A stretch of DNA of 64,000 nucleotides from contig OZ024757.1 of the NCBI GenBank assembly GCA_964016885.1, forward strand, positions 36,084,001-36,148,000, in the 5' to 3' direction. Positions 12,431-25,500 of this stretch are shown here, one piece after another; position 1 is the stretch's first letter, and each line of letters begins with the position of its first letter. A program made the position numbers and the translations under genes. The notes beneath the pieces were generated by a model. That model did not search any database. It was given only the letters and a program-made list of their open reading frames with translations, and had not been told where the DNA came from. Source of the stretch: Eledone cirrhosa. Lineage: Eukaryota.

Positions 12431-12918
12431 TATATACATACATCTGTAGCAGCGAAATACCAACAGTTACACAGTGTTGGAACTTCATCGCTTCTGCTCG
12501 TGTTTCACTTGTTCACAGCTTGCTCATAAAATTAACGTGCAAGCGACTGATAAGTACAACACTTAACTCAGTTAGTTCTCTGGGAGATCCAGTGTGGTAC
12601 ATTATATGGATTGACAAATACAACATCAAGCTTTATACCAGGAATGGACAACCTTTTTCGAGAAGTGGCCCGCATAGGGTGTAACTCTTAAAAGGCGGGC
12701 CGCACTGCTTAAAAACATTCGCAATTTTGAAATTAGGCGTGCCATTCAGAAAGCCTAACGGGCAGCAGTTTTGCCCGTGACTGATATATACGAAAGAAAA
12801 CTTTAAATTGAAGTCAACTCTAATGATCTCCCACTCTGCTTGTAAAATTAACTCAGTTCTCAGGGAGATCCAGTGTGGCACATTATGTGACCGATATATA
12901 CAAATGAAAACTTTAAAT

Positions 12919-12990
12919 TGACGTCAACACTAGTGATCTCCCTTCATTCAGTTATTATTTCTGATGGTGACGTCATTTTAGGAAGATGGC
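12919..12990 (+). promoter_or_regulatory. Putative Pol II promoter (two TGACGTCA CRE/ATF sites, YY1-type AAGATGGCGG)
   Basis: TGACGTCA at ~12919 and ~12968. AAGATGGCGG overlaps the ATG. Locally CpG-rich. Confidence 0.5.
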
Positions 12991-13025
12991 GGATACAGTC
13001 GGCTTGGTGAAACGGCAACATGCAG
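12986..13025 (+). CDS. Putative first coding exon (MADTVGLVKRQHA, phase 1) of an unidentified gene
   Basis: Strong ATG context aagATGG and a perfect donor CAG|GTAAGT. No downstream exon was confidently found. Confidence 0.5.
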
Positions 13026-13560
13026 GTAAGTGGCGCTAAGAGACATTCCATGGCTTCTAAATACACAGAAACATCTTAAAAATACTCCTTACAAACTCAT
13101 TGACAATCCACACAGGTGACAGAATATTTCTACACACCACCAAAATTTGTTAAGATGACAATATTTAGAACCTTCAAGAATGTATATATACACATATATA
13201 TACATCTGTATATATATCTATACATATAAACATCTCTTTCTATCTCTATATATATATGTGTGTATGTATATAAACATAGATCTCTCTCTCTCTCTATATA
13301 TATATATATGTGTGTGTGTGTCTATATATATATATATATATTGAATTATTATTAGTAGTATTATGCACCAGGAGAAAGGAAGGAGGATTGCTTAGTTTAG
13401 CTTCGTCTTTTCATTTGTATTTTCTGTTTATTTAATTGAAATACACTTTTGAAATATAAAAAAAAGTTGTGATCGATCTAACGAAATGTGATGTAGACAT
13501 GAAATGTACTCAATTGTTGAGTACACAGGCGCGTGCTTGCAGATATATTCATTCATACAT

Positions 13561-13645
13561 ACATCAAGTTTAATATAGAAATACCTTCTACAGGAATGGA
13601 ACAGTTCTAGTCCTGTAGAAGCCATTTCTATATTAAACTTGATGT
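13561..13645. repeat. ~85-nt imperfect palindrome with a 3' tail into a (CA) tract
   Basis: ACATCAAGTTTAATATAGAAAT..CTTCTACAGGA / TCCTGTAGAAG..ATTTCTATATTAAACTTGATGT. Confidence 0.85.
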
Positions 13646-13800
13646 TTACACTCTTCTAATGTATTGAGTATTTTATTAACTGGTTGCTCCCGTTTGAACC
13701 TGGACTCAACACACACCCACCCACACATATATATATAGATATGTGTGTATCATCATCATATATATATATATGATGGCTGCCCCCTCGTTATCTAGTATGG

Positions 13801-13837
<37 letters not shown>

Positions 13838-14286
13838 CTTACATATTACATATTTATGTCTATATATATGTCTGTATATATATAAAACTATTATATATAT
13901 ATGCTGTAAATTATACACTCCACCCATTTAGGGCCTCGAACTCACAACTCTAAGGTTATTTATTAAACTATTTACCGATTGATATACATTATATATATAT
14001 ATATATATACACACGCACACACGTATATACATACAGACACACGTATATACACAGACACGTATATATGCACATACGCACACACATACAGATACACATATAT
14101 ATATCAATGTATATATACATACACGTATATACAGATACACGCGCGCGCGTGTGTGTGTGTGTGTGTGTGTATGTATATAGTTATATAACTGCTATAGATC
14201 AGTCAATATGTCAATATGATCAACCCTCCGAAACGATCGTAAAACTGATATGAATAGGTAAAATCTTGACTTTTTCGTTGTTAACT

Positions 14287-14330
<44 letters not shown>

Positions 14331-14643
14331 TGTTTAATCAATGAAACATGTACACATGAAATTCTAGTATAAGAAGCTAACATTTATATAACATCCTCTA
14401 TAATTTCACACTATCATCATACCATTAATTTGGATAAAACATTGGCTTAGCTCTAAATTTTCTCATTTCTAAATATTAAATATTTCCCCGATTATTAAAC
14501 ATTTTTTTAATTTTTAAATTGCTTATGTTCTAAATGCGTATATTTCTATATCTTCCTATTTTTTTAAAAATATATACACCCGAAGTTGCTATAAGATCCA
14601 AAATATGCATAAATGCTTACCTCACACAGACACGTATATATAT

Positions 14644-14838
14644 ATGAAAAATTCGGGAACCCGATGGCTGAGCTTCTGCCGTTTCAACAGCCATAGTCGA
14701 ACTTTTCGGATCTATCTGTTGAAACGGCAGGAGCTCAGCCATCGGTACCCGAATTTTTCATGTTACCCACTCTACTTCCCCAAGTATCTAGTACTCTGGT
14801 GAGTAATGGTCTAACTGGTTTTTACCGCTCCATTCTGA
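14644..14838 (+). mobile_element. Palindrome-plus-tail element (118-nt hairpin, ~75-nt tail), paralog of 42635-42828
   Basis: Arms ATGAAAAATTCGGG..CCGATGGCTGAGCT.CTGCCGTTTCAACAG and its complement. Tail TTACCCACTCTAC..AAGTAT..AGTACTCTGGTG is shared with the 42.7-kb copy. Confidence 0.75.
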
Positions 14839-16090
14839 TATATATATATATGTGTGTGTGTGTGTGTATGTATGTGTGTGTGTATATATATGTGTGTGTA
14901 TATGTGTGTGTATATATATGTGTGTGTGTGTGTATATATATGTGTGTGTGTATATATGTGTGTATGTATATATATATATGTGTGTGTGTGTATGTATATA
15001 TGTGTGTATATATATATATATGTGTGTGTATATATATATATATGTGTGTATATATATGTGTGTGTGTATATATATGTGTGTGTGTATATATATATGTGTA
15101 TATATATATATGTGTATATATATATGTGTGTGTGTATATATAATGTGTGTATATGTGTGTGTGTGTGTATATATATACATAGATGAATTATCAGTTTTTA
15201 AATATAACTCGTTAGGTTTGGCCTTACAAAATTTCGTTTGAGTCTTCTACACACACGTATGTATATATGCGTGTGTGTATAGATCTCATTACACCAATTA
15301 TATATACATACACATACATGACAAACCTGTCCATCTGAATTTATGCGTAATTTTCTTCTTCCCACCGTATTACGTCTCGTTTACGTATATACAGGGTTCC
15401 CCCCCCCCCCAAACGTATATAAACTTCAACAGCATTCTAATAAATATGTGTATACATTTTTTGGGACACCCTGTATATATATATATATATATATGTATAC
15501 ACACACATATTAATACATACACGCACAAACACACACACACCTATATATATATGTATGTATGTATGTATTTATATGTATGTATGTATGTATGTATGTATTT
15601 ATATGTATGTATGTAGGTATTTATATGTATGTATGTATGTATTTATATGTATGTATGTATGTATTTATATGTATGTATGTATGTATTTATATATATGTAT
15701 GTATGTATTTATATATATGTATGTATGTATTTATATATATATGTATGTATGTATTTATATATATATGTATGTATGTATTTATATATATGTATGTATGTAT
15801 TTATATATATGTATGTATGTATTTATATATATGTATGTATTTATATATATGTATGTATGTATTTATATATATGTATGTATTTATATATATGTATGTATTT
15901 ATATATATGTATGTATGTATTTATATACGTATATGTATGTATGTATGTATGTATGTATTTATATACGTGTATGTATGTATTTATATACCTATATGTATGT
16001 ATGTATTTATATACCTATATGTATGTATGTATTTATATACGTATATGTATGTATTTATATACGTATATGTATATATATATGTATATTAAT
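14839..16090. repeat. Compound (TG/TA) and (TATG/TATT) microsatellites with a small CAGGGTGTCCC-type MITE at ~15391-15473
   Basis: Direct inspection. Confidence 0.9.
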
Positions 16091-16216
16091 GGTACATATG
16101 ACTTCGAAATTTTGTTAATTCCGAAAATGTTTTGGATATGTAGAAACCAATGAATGTATGTCTCAATATACATTCGTTATATATATATATATATCCACCT
16201 CTCTCTATCTATCCAT

Positions 16217-16293
<77 letters not shown>

Positions 16294-16613
16294 GTATGTA
16301 TATGTTTATATCTCCCGATGTCGGAATAAATTCTGCGTTATCTGATACGTATCACTCAACACATATATGTACAGAGATATATCATTTAGAGAGATACACA
16401 CATACGTATACAGCCAGACACACGTACACACATACATACATGTAGATACTCACCTACACACACATACACACACACACACACACTCACTCTGAAGTCTAGT
16501 TCTATCATTACTATAGAGGTATATATATATATATATATATGTGTTTGTGTATACTGGCTCATTTCAGCCTCTTTCAATATATATATATGTCGTGCAAATA
16601 AAAATTATAGTTC

Positions 16614-16752
16614 ATTGTTTCTGAGGAAGACAGTGAGATGGATCTATGATTTTGAGACTAGAAATAGCTGGTGACATAATCACTTTCTATTAGTCAATAT
16701 ATATATCGATTTATCATGATCAATCGACCCTCTGAAACGGTCGTAAAACAAT
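16614..16752 (+). ncRNA. Type I hammerhead motif with a long stem-II insert
   Basis: ATTGTTT-CTGAGGA-AGA...TCT-GAAA-CGGTCG-TA-AAACAAT, with a perfect 7-bp stem I. A half copy (GAAACGATCGTAAAAC) lies at ~14230. Confidence 0.65.
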
Positions 16753-16849
16753 ATACTAATTAAGAACCTATTATCGATTTGATTTGATTTTCATTATTTA
16801 ATTTACTCACACCAACACACACACATGTGTGTCTTTGTAGTTCCATCTA

Positions 16850-17430
16850 TCAACACACCACATGTGCACACACACACATACATACACATGTGCACACACA
16901 CACACATGTATATGTACACACACACATGCTCAGACGTGCACGTACACACATGCTCAGACTCACATACACACACACATGCTCAGATGCATCCACACATATA
17001 CTCAGACACATAAACATATACCCAACCACACACACATATACCCAACCACACACATATACCCAACCACACACATATACCCAACCACACACATACCCAACCA
17101 CACACATATACCCAACCACACACGCATATACCCAACCACACACGCACATACCCAACCACACACGCACATACCCAACCACACACGCATATACCTAACCACA
17201 CACGCATATACCCAACCACACATGCATATATACCCAACCACACACGCATATATACTCAAACACACACACACATACTCAAACACACACACGCATATACTCA
17301 CACACACATATATACTCACACACACATATATACTCAAACACACAGACATACTCAAACACACACACATATATACTCAAACACACACACATATTTCCACATA
17401 CACATATTTCCACATACACACATACATTTC
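16850..17430. repeat. (CA)-derived minisatellite (CCCAACCACACACATATA-type units)
   Basis: Direct inspection. Confidence 0.9.
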
Positions 17431-17458
17431 CTATACTGCCATTCTTTATATATATATA

Positions 17459-19505
17459 TGAGGTGGTATCACAAAGTTTCCGGACTAGTTGTGTAGGGTG
17501 CCAACAAATGGCACTCTTTGTAGCACTCCTTGTTACATCACACATCTCTCCTTGCTGACCTTGACACTTGTATCCGAGCGGCAGCTGAGGAAATATACAA
17601 CGTCAGGTTTGACGAACTTGGATGGCAACAGGCCACCTTTCCTGTTCAATATGGTGGCCTTGGCCTCCAGTCCCCGATCTCGTTGGCTTTCGTCGGTAAC
17701 CTCATGTTGTGTATTCATCAACAAGGCTCTTCTAAACCCAATGGAACCCACTGTGACCGAAGAATGTGAAGCTGCCTGTAAATTGTGGAACCAGGCTGGA
17801 CATAGCCCAGTAGATGTCCCTTCTCCCCCTGCCGACGTCAAGTCCTCCCCAGAGTATTTGGGATGCCTTCCAATGCAACCTGGCTTAAGACAGGCTAGCG
17901 CGCCAGCTCGATCAGCACCGCCTTACAAGTTTTTGCGCGGCCTTGCAACCCCCACAGCAGTGCCTGGCTCCATTCCTTACCCTCCTTCTCTACTGGCACA
18001 TAGCTGGACAATGATAGCCTGCGCATCGGGGTTTCCCTGAGGCTTGGCCTTCAGATCTGCAAGCCACTGTGGACTCTTTCGGCCTCCACTCGCTTTCCTG
18101 TCGCTACATTTGGCTGCATTCCATGCCATGCTGCTCTCAACGAGGTCATAAAGCATGTCTTGGATGCTGCAGGCTTCCTCTCCCAGCTCAAGCTGGTGAG
18201 GCTGGCCCGAGGGGATGGCAAAAGGTCAGACGGCATGACCATCTTCCTGTTCCATGGTAGTAAGCCCCTCGTCTGGGATGCGACACATTCTCCAGTGGCA
18301 ACTTGGTGCAGTCTGCGACTAACCCAGGTGCTGCTGCACTTCGGGCTGAGGAGGGTAAACTCTCCAAGTATTGGTTGCTTTCTGACACGTTTGGGGTGGA
18401 GACTCCTGGTGTCCTTGGCCCTAGGGCTACCTCCCTACTCACCACCTTAGGCACTGAGCTGGCGAGCCGCAGGTGTGAGCCTCGCGAGATAGAATGGCTC
18501 TTCCAGCGCATCTGCCTTACCAACCTCCAGAGAAATGCTTTCTCCATTCTGTCTGCCGGGGCTGTGGAGTGGCCAGCACATGGAACCCCATTTGCTCATA
18601 ATAGTGAGATATGGGGAGAGCAAGAGAGATGGAGGTGATGACAGTGGGAATTTTGCTCCTCTCTGTTAGGACTTGGTGTACGTGTACACTGTCTTATTAT
18701 TTAGACAAGTGAGTGTCTTTTGACTAGGACAGCAAAGTGTGTATAGAAACACACAATTGTGTGCGCAGTGACCTTCATGTGCCAGTGTGCCGAGTGACAC
18801 CGCTGTGAAATTTGTGATCAAGTGTATGCTGTAGCCTGCGATTTTGTCATGAACAGGAAGTTGGAACGAAGAGCCAACATGAAATTTTGCGTTTAAACTT
18901 GGGAAGCCTGCGACAGACATTGAGCATGCTTTGCAATGGGTTGTACGTAATGTTTTGTGTGTTACGTGTGCTTCAAAAGCGGAAGGGTGTCTGTGGAAGA
19001 TGACGAGCAATCTAGAAGAGTGCCACGAGCGTCACCCCTGGAAATATGGACAAAATTAATCAGCTTGTGCATGAGGATCGTCAGGACAATCAACAATATA
19101 GCGTTTGAAGGAGGACGGCGAAAGTAACTGGATCTGTGGAGCTTGAAGAATTGAATTTCTCATGTTGACAATGTACCCTCATGAGTTTCTTGCCAAAAAC
19201 ATTGTATCGCTTCCACTCTCGCCCTTTCACCAGATTTAGCATCTGCGGATTTCCATCTCTTATCCAAGCTGAAAATGCAGCTCAAAGGTCACTGTTTTAA
19301 GACTGTTGCTGAAATCCAGAGTGAAACGCAGAAGGTCCTTGACTCACTTGTGGAAAACAACTTCCAGGCTGGATTCCAAAAGGAATACTGAGTCCAATGT
19401 ATTGCTGCACAAGGTGACTATTTCAAAGGAGATGATGTTAAAACTTTGGTAAATATATTAGTTTTTTTAAAACATAACTAGTCGGAACTTTTTGATACCA
19501 CCTCA
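17459..19505 (+). mobile_element. Mariner element (decayed transposase) with an internal CRE insertion
   Basis: TA-flanked TIRs TGAGGTGGTATCACAAAGTTTCCGGACTAGTT / AACTAGTCGGAACTTTTTGATACCACCTCA. Remnants of HVDNVP and SPDLASADFHLLSKLK at 19150-19290. Confidence 0.85.
17550..18570 (+). mobile_element. CRE-like non-LTR retrotransposon 3' part (RT tail, zinc knuckle, RLE)
   Basis: ATFPVQYGGLGL, GLHSLSC..H.ALNEVIKH, RGDGKRSDGMT...PLVWDAT, VETPGVLG and WLFQRI...QRNAFSIL motifs. Confidence 0.85.
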
Positions 19506-20900
19506 TATATATATATCATCATCATCATCATTTTACACCGCCTTTCCCTGCTTGCAAGGGTGGGACAGGAACTGATTCTGGTTTGATATCTACAGCTGGA
19601 TGCCCTTCCTAACACCAACCTCATTTACAGTGAGTGCTGGGTGCTTTTTTTCCGTGGTGACTACACGTCCTCTTTACAGTGTGGGCTGGGTGCTTTTTTG
19701 TTGTGGCACCTCCACGACCACTTTGCAGTGGAATGATAGGGACCCCAGTCCTATCATCTCATTTCTACAGCTGAGTAAACTGGAGCAATGTGAAATAAAG
19801 TGCCTTGCTCAAGGAAACAACACATCACCCGGTCTGAGAATTGAACTCACAACCTTTCGATTGCAAGGCCAATGCCCTAACCACTAAGCCATGTGCCTCC
19901 ATATATATACACACACACACACACCTCGTCTAATATTATGGAATAACAATTGTCATTGCTCTCGCTAATTCTCTTTCCTCTTTCTAAGACAGCTCTCTCT
20001 CTCTCTTTCCTCTTTCCAAAGATGTCTCTTCCTACTTCGATCCATTCATTGTCACTGTTTACTTTTTACTGGGGTTTCTACCTACGTAGGTAATTTACAT
20101 CATGTTAGAAATAGTACCTTAATCATCCTCAAAACATATATATCCATATATATATATATATACACATATATGAAGGCACGTGACTGAGTGGTTAGAGAAT
20201 TGAATTCGCAATCGTGAAGTTGTGAGTTCAATTCCCAGACCGGCGATGCGTTATATCCTTGAGCAAGACACTTTATTTCACATTGCTCCTTCTACCTGGA
20301 GTTGCAACCGATAGATAAATGGAAAGACCAATGGAAACACTGTTTCTTTGGTCCGATTTGACGAAAGTCGATATATTTATAATTACACATATATAATCTT
20401 TTACCTGTTCCAGCCATCCATCTGAGGCACACATATATATATACATATATACATACGCACGTATGTATGTTCTGTGTCATTCGTTTGTATTTTTATTTTT
20501 AAAAAATGAGTTTTTATGGTTTCACTTCAAAAAATTGTTTTTCATTTTGTCTTGTTTCCATTTGTTCTCTTGTCCTTTCTGTTAATTTTCTTAACTTTAT
20601 ATCATCATCATTTTACATCCGCTTTTCCCTGCTTGCAAGGGTGGGATGGGAACTGATTCTGGCTTGATTTCTACAGCTGGATGCCCTTCCTAACACCAAC
20701 CTCATTTACAGTGAGTGCAGGGTGTTTTTTTTCCGTGGCGCCTACACGTCCACTTTACAGTGGAGCAAACTGGAACAATGTGAAATAAAGTGTCTTGCTC
20801 AAGGAAACAACACATCACCCGGTCTGAGAATTGAACTCACAACCTTTCGGTTGCAAGGCTCTAACCACTAAGCCATGTGCCTCCATTGCAAGGCCAATGC

Positions 20901-20942
<42 letters not shown>

Positions 20943-20944
20943 CG

Positions 20945-21983
20945 CTTTTTAATTTGTTTTGTAAGATTTCTTATCTGAAAACATGTGTTGAAACAGATAT
21001 TGTTATTCTCTGGTAGAGTCATGCTGTCAATAAAAACACACACATCTGTTGGTTTTCACTTCAATTTGTTACAAATTTCCAGTTGGTTGGTTCAATAACC
21101 AGACGGTTATTGACTTATTGTTCCTGATCGTATTTGCATGCTGTCTGTGTTCAAGCTCAAGAGGAGAAACACAATGACAGAACATGTGAAAGCAAATCGT
21201 TTTCCTTCATATAAACACTTTAATTCTATTTGTCACACATTCTATGACCTCCTCGGTGACTAATTTATTTTGTGTCTCCTTTGTTTTGTCTTACACCATC
21301 TTTTTTTTGTGTGTTGCGTGCTGTGTATTTGGGTTGTGCATGCACTATATCAGGGTGTGTGTGTGGGTGTTTTTATTTATATGTTTATTTACTTGTCTGT
21401 TGTTGGTTGTTTGTTCTATCTGTGTGTTTGGTTTGTTTTATTAGTTTGGTTCTTGTGTGTCTGTATGTCGTTATTTTGTCCTTAATTACTAGTTGTGATG
21501 TTGTTGATATTCCACTCATGTTTTCTGTTTAATTTTGATTGGAGCTTGTTTATGTTTGTCACTTCTGTAATTTGTCGGAGCATTGCGACTCTTCTGTGTG
21601 TGGATATGTTTTTTATCTTTATGTCCTCTAATATGCCCCTATGTTCCAGTTTGGCATGTTGGTGGAGTACTGATGAGTTCTTCCCATCCTAGAGTTCTCG
21701 CCAGTGTTCACTTATCCTTTCTCCTATGCTACGGGCTGTTTCACCTATGTATGTTGTGTTCATATTTCTACACCGTCCCACTATACATCTTATGCTATAT
21801 ACTATGTTCCTAGTTTTGAAGTTAATTTATGGACTTAATTTGCAGACTATACATTTCCTATTAGTGCAGGGTTTTTCTTCAAAAGGATATGTTCTACTAA
21901 TTAGGGCTTTCCTGGGAATACCTGGTCTTTCAACTATCTTAATATTTAATTTTTGTTTGTCTAGAGCCCTTCTAAATCTGTAA
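20945..21983 (-). mobile_element. Penelope-like element, GIY-YIG endonuclease region plus 3' end
   Basis: Minus strand reads PCTNRKCIVC...RNIVYSIRC...TYIGETARSIGERISEH...SVLHQH. Ends in (TA)n. Confidence 0.85.
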
Positions 21984-22351
21984 GCAGTTCAGCCCCTGAG
22001 GGTTGCATTGATGAACATTACACTCTGGTATTTATTGCTATCATACCTTGAGTTGACTTTATTAGTCTTCTTAATTCTTTCTTATTCCAATATTTGCTCT
22101 ACAATTTTTATCCATTTGGCCCTGGCTCCTTTATATACCCTGATCTAGTTTCTCTGATTGGAGCCGAGCACACAAGGAGGAGGACATGTTTTTATGCCTG
22201 CAGCATATCACATGATCAGATTTTCATCTGAAGATATCGTTCCCATACCAATAACAAATGCATGTTAGATCTTGGATTGCATAAGGGAATCATTGAAATA
22301 ATTATAACGAATAAACAAGTAATGTAATATCAGCATCGTTTTTATGTTATT

Positions 22352-22598
22352 CTGAAATTGCTGAAGAGTAATCGCCAAGAAGTTGAAATAGAAAAAATGT
22401 TGACTTGAAAGTGATTGGTGAACGCCTATCTGACGCCGTAGAGCTGGCCTGACTTCTGAACAAATTCGGAATATTCCAAAGTAAGAACTGGAACTACCGT
22501 CAAGTATGGCAGACTTTGAGGAAGCTATTAAGAAAGTTAGCAAGAGTGTCGATCTGAAGCGATATGAAAACTGGATGAAAGAATATGGCTCTGTATAA
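22352..22598 (+). pseudogene. Katanin p60 (KATNA1/KATNAL1-like) C-terminal pseudogene fragment
   Basis: [77 protein letters not shown]. Matches the Vps4_C-type end of katanin p60. Contains stops, a frameshift and deletions. Confidence 0.75.
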
Positions 22599-25500
22599 CA
22601 CTGTTCTCTATACTAATGGCTCTTGTCCTTCAAGACAAAGTAGTCATCAGTGATGTTCCTGTCCTCTCTCTCTCTCTCTCTTTTATCCCAAGACAATTTC
22701 TTCTTCTCAGGATGGTGGTTTAGTTCATTCTCACTGTCTTACTTTATTTCCTTGGTCTTTGTTTGAAGTCTTCAGAGAAAACTTTGTCATTTTTTTAAAG
22801 AATCAAAAGACACACACATACATGCATATACATATCCATACTTCAACACACACACATCATTTCATTTTGCGTCCACTTTTTTCCTGCTTGCAAGGGTGGG
22901 ACGGGAACTGATTTTGGCTTGATTTCTACAGCTGGATTCCCTTCCTAACACCAACCTCATTTACAGTGAGTGCTGGGTGCTTTTTTTGCCATGGCACCTC
23001 CACAACCACTTTGCAGTGGAATGATATGGACCCCAGTCCCTATCATCTCATTTCTACAGCTGAGTAAACTGGAGCAATGTGAAATAAAGTGTCTTGCTCA
23101 AGGAAACAGCACATCAGCAAGACACTTTATTATACATATATATATATTTATATGTCATGTAGGTGTCTCGATAAAAAGCACCCACCTTACACTGAAAAAT
23201 GGTCGTGTAGGTGTCACAACAAAAAACACCCAGTACTCACTGTAAATGAGATTGTGTAGGTGTCACGACAAAAAGCACCCAGTACTCACTGTAAATGAGG
23301 TTGTGTAGGTGTCACGACAAAAAGCACCCAGTACTCACTGTAAATGAGGTTGGTGTTAGGAAAGGCATTCAGCTGTAGAAATCAAGCCAGAATCAGTTCT
23401 ATGAGCAGGATACGGTCACATGACCCAACTTGCCTCAAATGGTATGACCTGTCAAACCCATGCTAGTGTGGAAAGTAGACGTTAAACGATGATGATAATG
23501 ATTATTCTTATACTGAATCTCCATCGTAACTACACATTATGAGTGTAGAGAACTTTCTCCTGTTTACTCCTGTTTTTACCAAAACAACTTCTAATGAACA
23601 CACGCACACATATAAGTCTTGTCACGGCTGGAATACCTTCGATCATAATAGATGTTAGCCATTAGTTCTAAGGTGAGCTTTAAACAACTAACTCTGTGTA
23701 TCTCTCTTTCTCATATCTCATATTTGTTTTCTTTCTGGCAATTTTTCTCTCTTTCTCTCTCTATCTCTCTCTCTTTATCTCTCATCCTATCTAGATTTCT
23801 CTCTATTTGCTCCTATTGTCTCCCTCTCTCACCCTGTCCCTCTTTCTATTTGCTGCCTCACTCATACTGTATCTCTCACCCTATCTCTCTCTCCCTATTT
23901 GCTCCCCCTCTCACTCTGTATCTCTCTTACCATGTCTGCCTCTCTCCCTCTCGTTCACTCACTCTCTATCTCTCTTATCTATCTCGAAACCATGTCTGTC
24001 TACCCCCCCCTCTGTGTCTCTCTAAACCATGTCTGTCTCTCTCCCTCTGTGTCTCTCTAAACCATGTCTGTCTACCCCCCCTCTGTCTCTCTAAACCATG
24101 TCTTTCTGCCCCACCTCTCTCAATCGTTCTCTCATTACGCTCAAATTTCATACACATCTTCGTTCATCCCTCATTCTTTTGGAAATACTATCATCTTAAA
24201 CACACGCACTCACACTCTCTTTCTCCCTCCCTCTCTATCTATCTAGCTATCTATCCCTCCCTCCCTCCCTCTCTGACATACATTCTTTTCACCGTGTTTT
24301 AAGATGTTTTTTCACTCCTTTTCTTACCTTGAGTTTAAATTTCACCTTTCATTCTTTCGGGGAGGATGGGGGAGAGGTCAGTTCGGCTTTCATTCTTCCG
24401 GGGATGGGGGGGGGGGGTCAGTTCGGCTTTCATTCTTCTGGGGAGGGGGAGTCAGTTCGGCTTTCATTCTTCAGGGAAGAGGTCACTTTCATAAAATAAA
24501 ATACAAGTAGTGGAAGTTTATTGCATTGTATCGCACCCTCCCCACCCCAATTTCCGGTCTTATGCTTCTGTTATATCTTCCTAGTGTAGGACATATCTAC
24601 CTAACAGCAGAGAGTGTGCCCCCCCCCCCCCCCCCCCCCCGGTCAACCATATCAGGGTATGTGGTGGGAGCATCCAACCAAGTCATGCAGGATTTTCCCC
24701 GTTAAATATGGCTACTGAGTAGCGCACCCACTTAGATTTCTCAAGTGCCCATCCAAAATCTGTACAGTTTTCTGCCCAGATCAAAAGGCCATGAAAGTTG
24801 GTTTGTTCTGTTGTGCCTGAAAATATCTTATCACCATCACTGTTTAACGTCCACTTTTCCACAGTAGCATGGGTTAGACGAGTTTTCTCCATTGTGTGAC
24901 AAGCCTCATCAGATGACCTAGTCTTTCTCATACAGAACTGATTCTGCCTTGGTTTCTATGACTTGATGTCCTTCCTAACGCCAACCACATTTACGGTGTG
25001 TACTGGGTGCTCTTTATTGTGGTACCAAAACGACCACTTTACAGTGTAGACTTGGCACTTTTTGTCATGTCTCATCATCATCATAGATTAATGTCTATCT
25101 TCCATGCTAGCATGTGTTAGACAGGTTTGTCCCATTTAGAGGCATGTTGGGTTGAGTGACCGTGTCTTGCTCATATAGGAGTGTTTTTGGCTGGTTTTCT
25201 GAAGCGTTCTTTATAAATCTGCCATTTGTCCTTGTATTAAGTCCTGTTGCCACATTTGGTTAGGTGCTTCTGCTCTGCACCTTTAGTGTCTAGATAATAT
25301 CTATAGAAGAATTATCAAGATTATTGGTCCTGATTGAACATGTCAGCTTCAATCACTATCACATCATCAAAATGTTGCCTCTCTTTGCCTGTTTTATAAA
25401 TATTATATATATAAGGTGCCACGGCAAAAAAAGCATCCAGCCCACACTATAAAGTGGACGTGTAGGCATCACGGAAGAAAAAGCACCCAGCACTCACTGT

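Noticed and set aside
21215-21265. Hammerhead in the Penelope 3' region (CCGAGGA..GTCA/TGAC..AAA, minus strand)
   Set aside because: Core mutated and stem I unconvincing.
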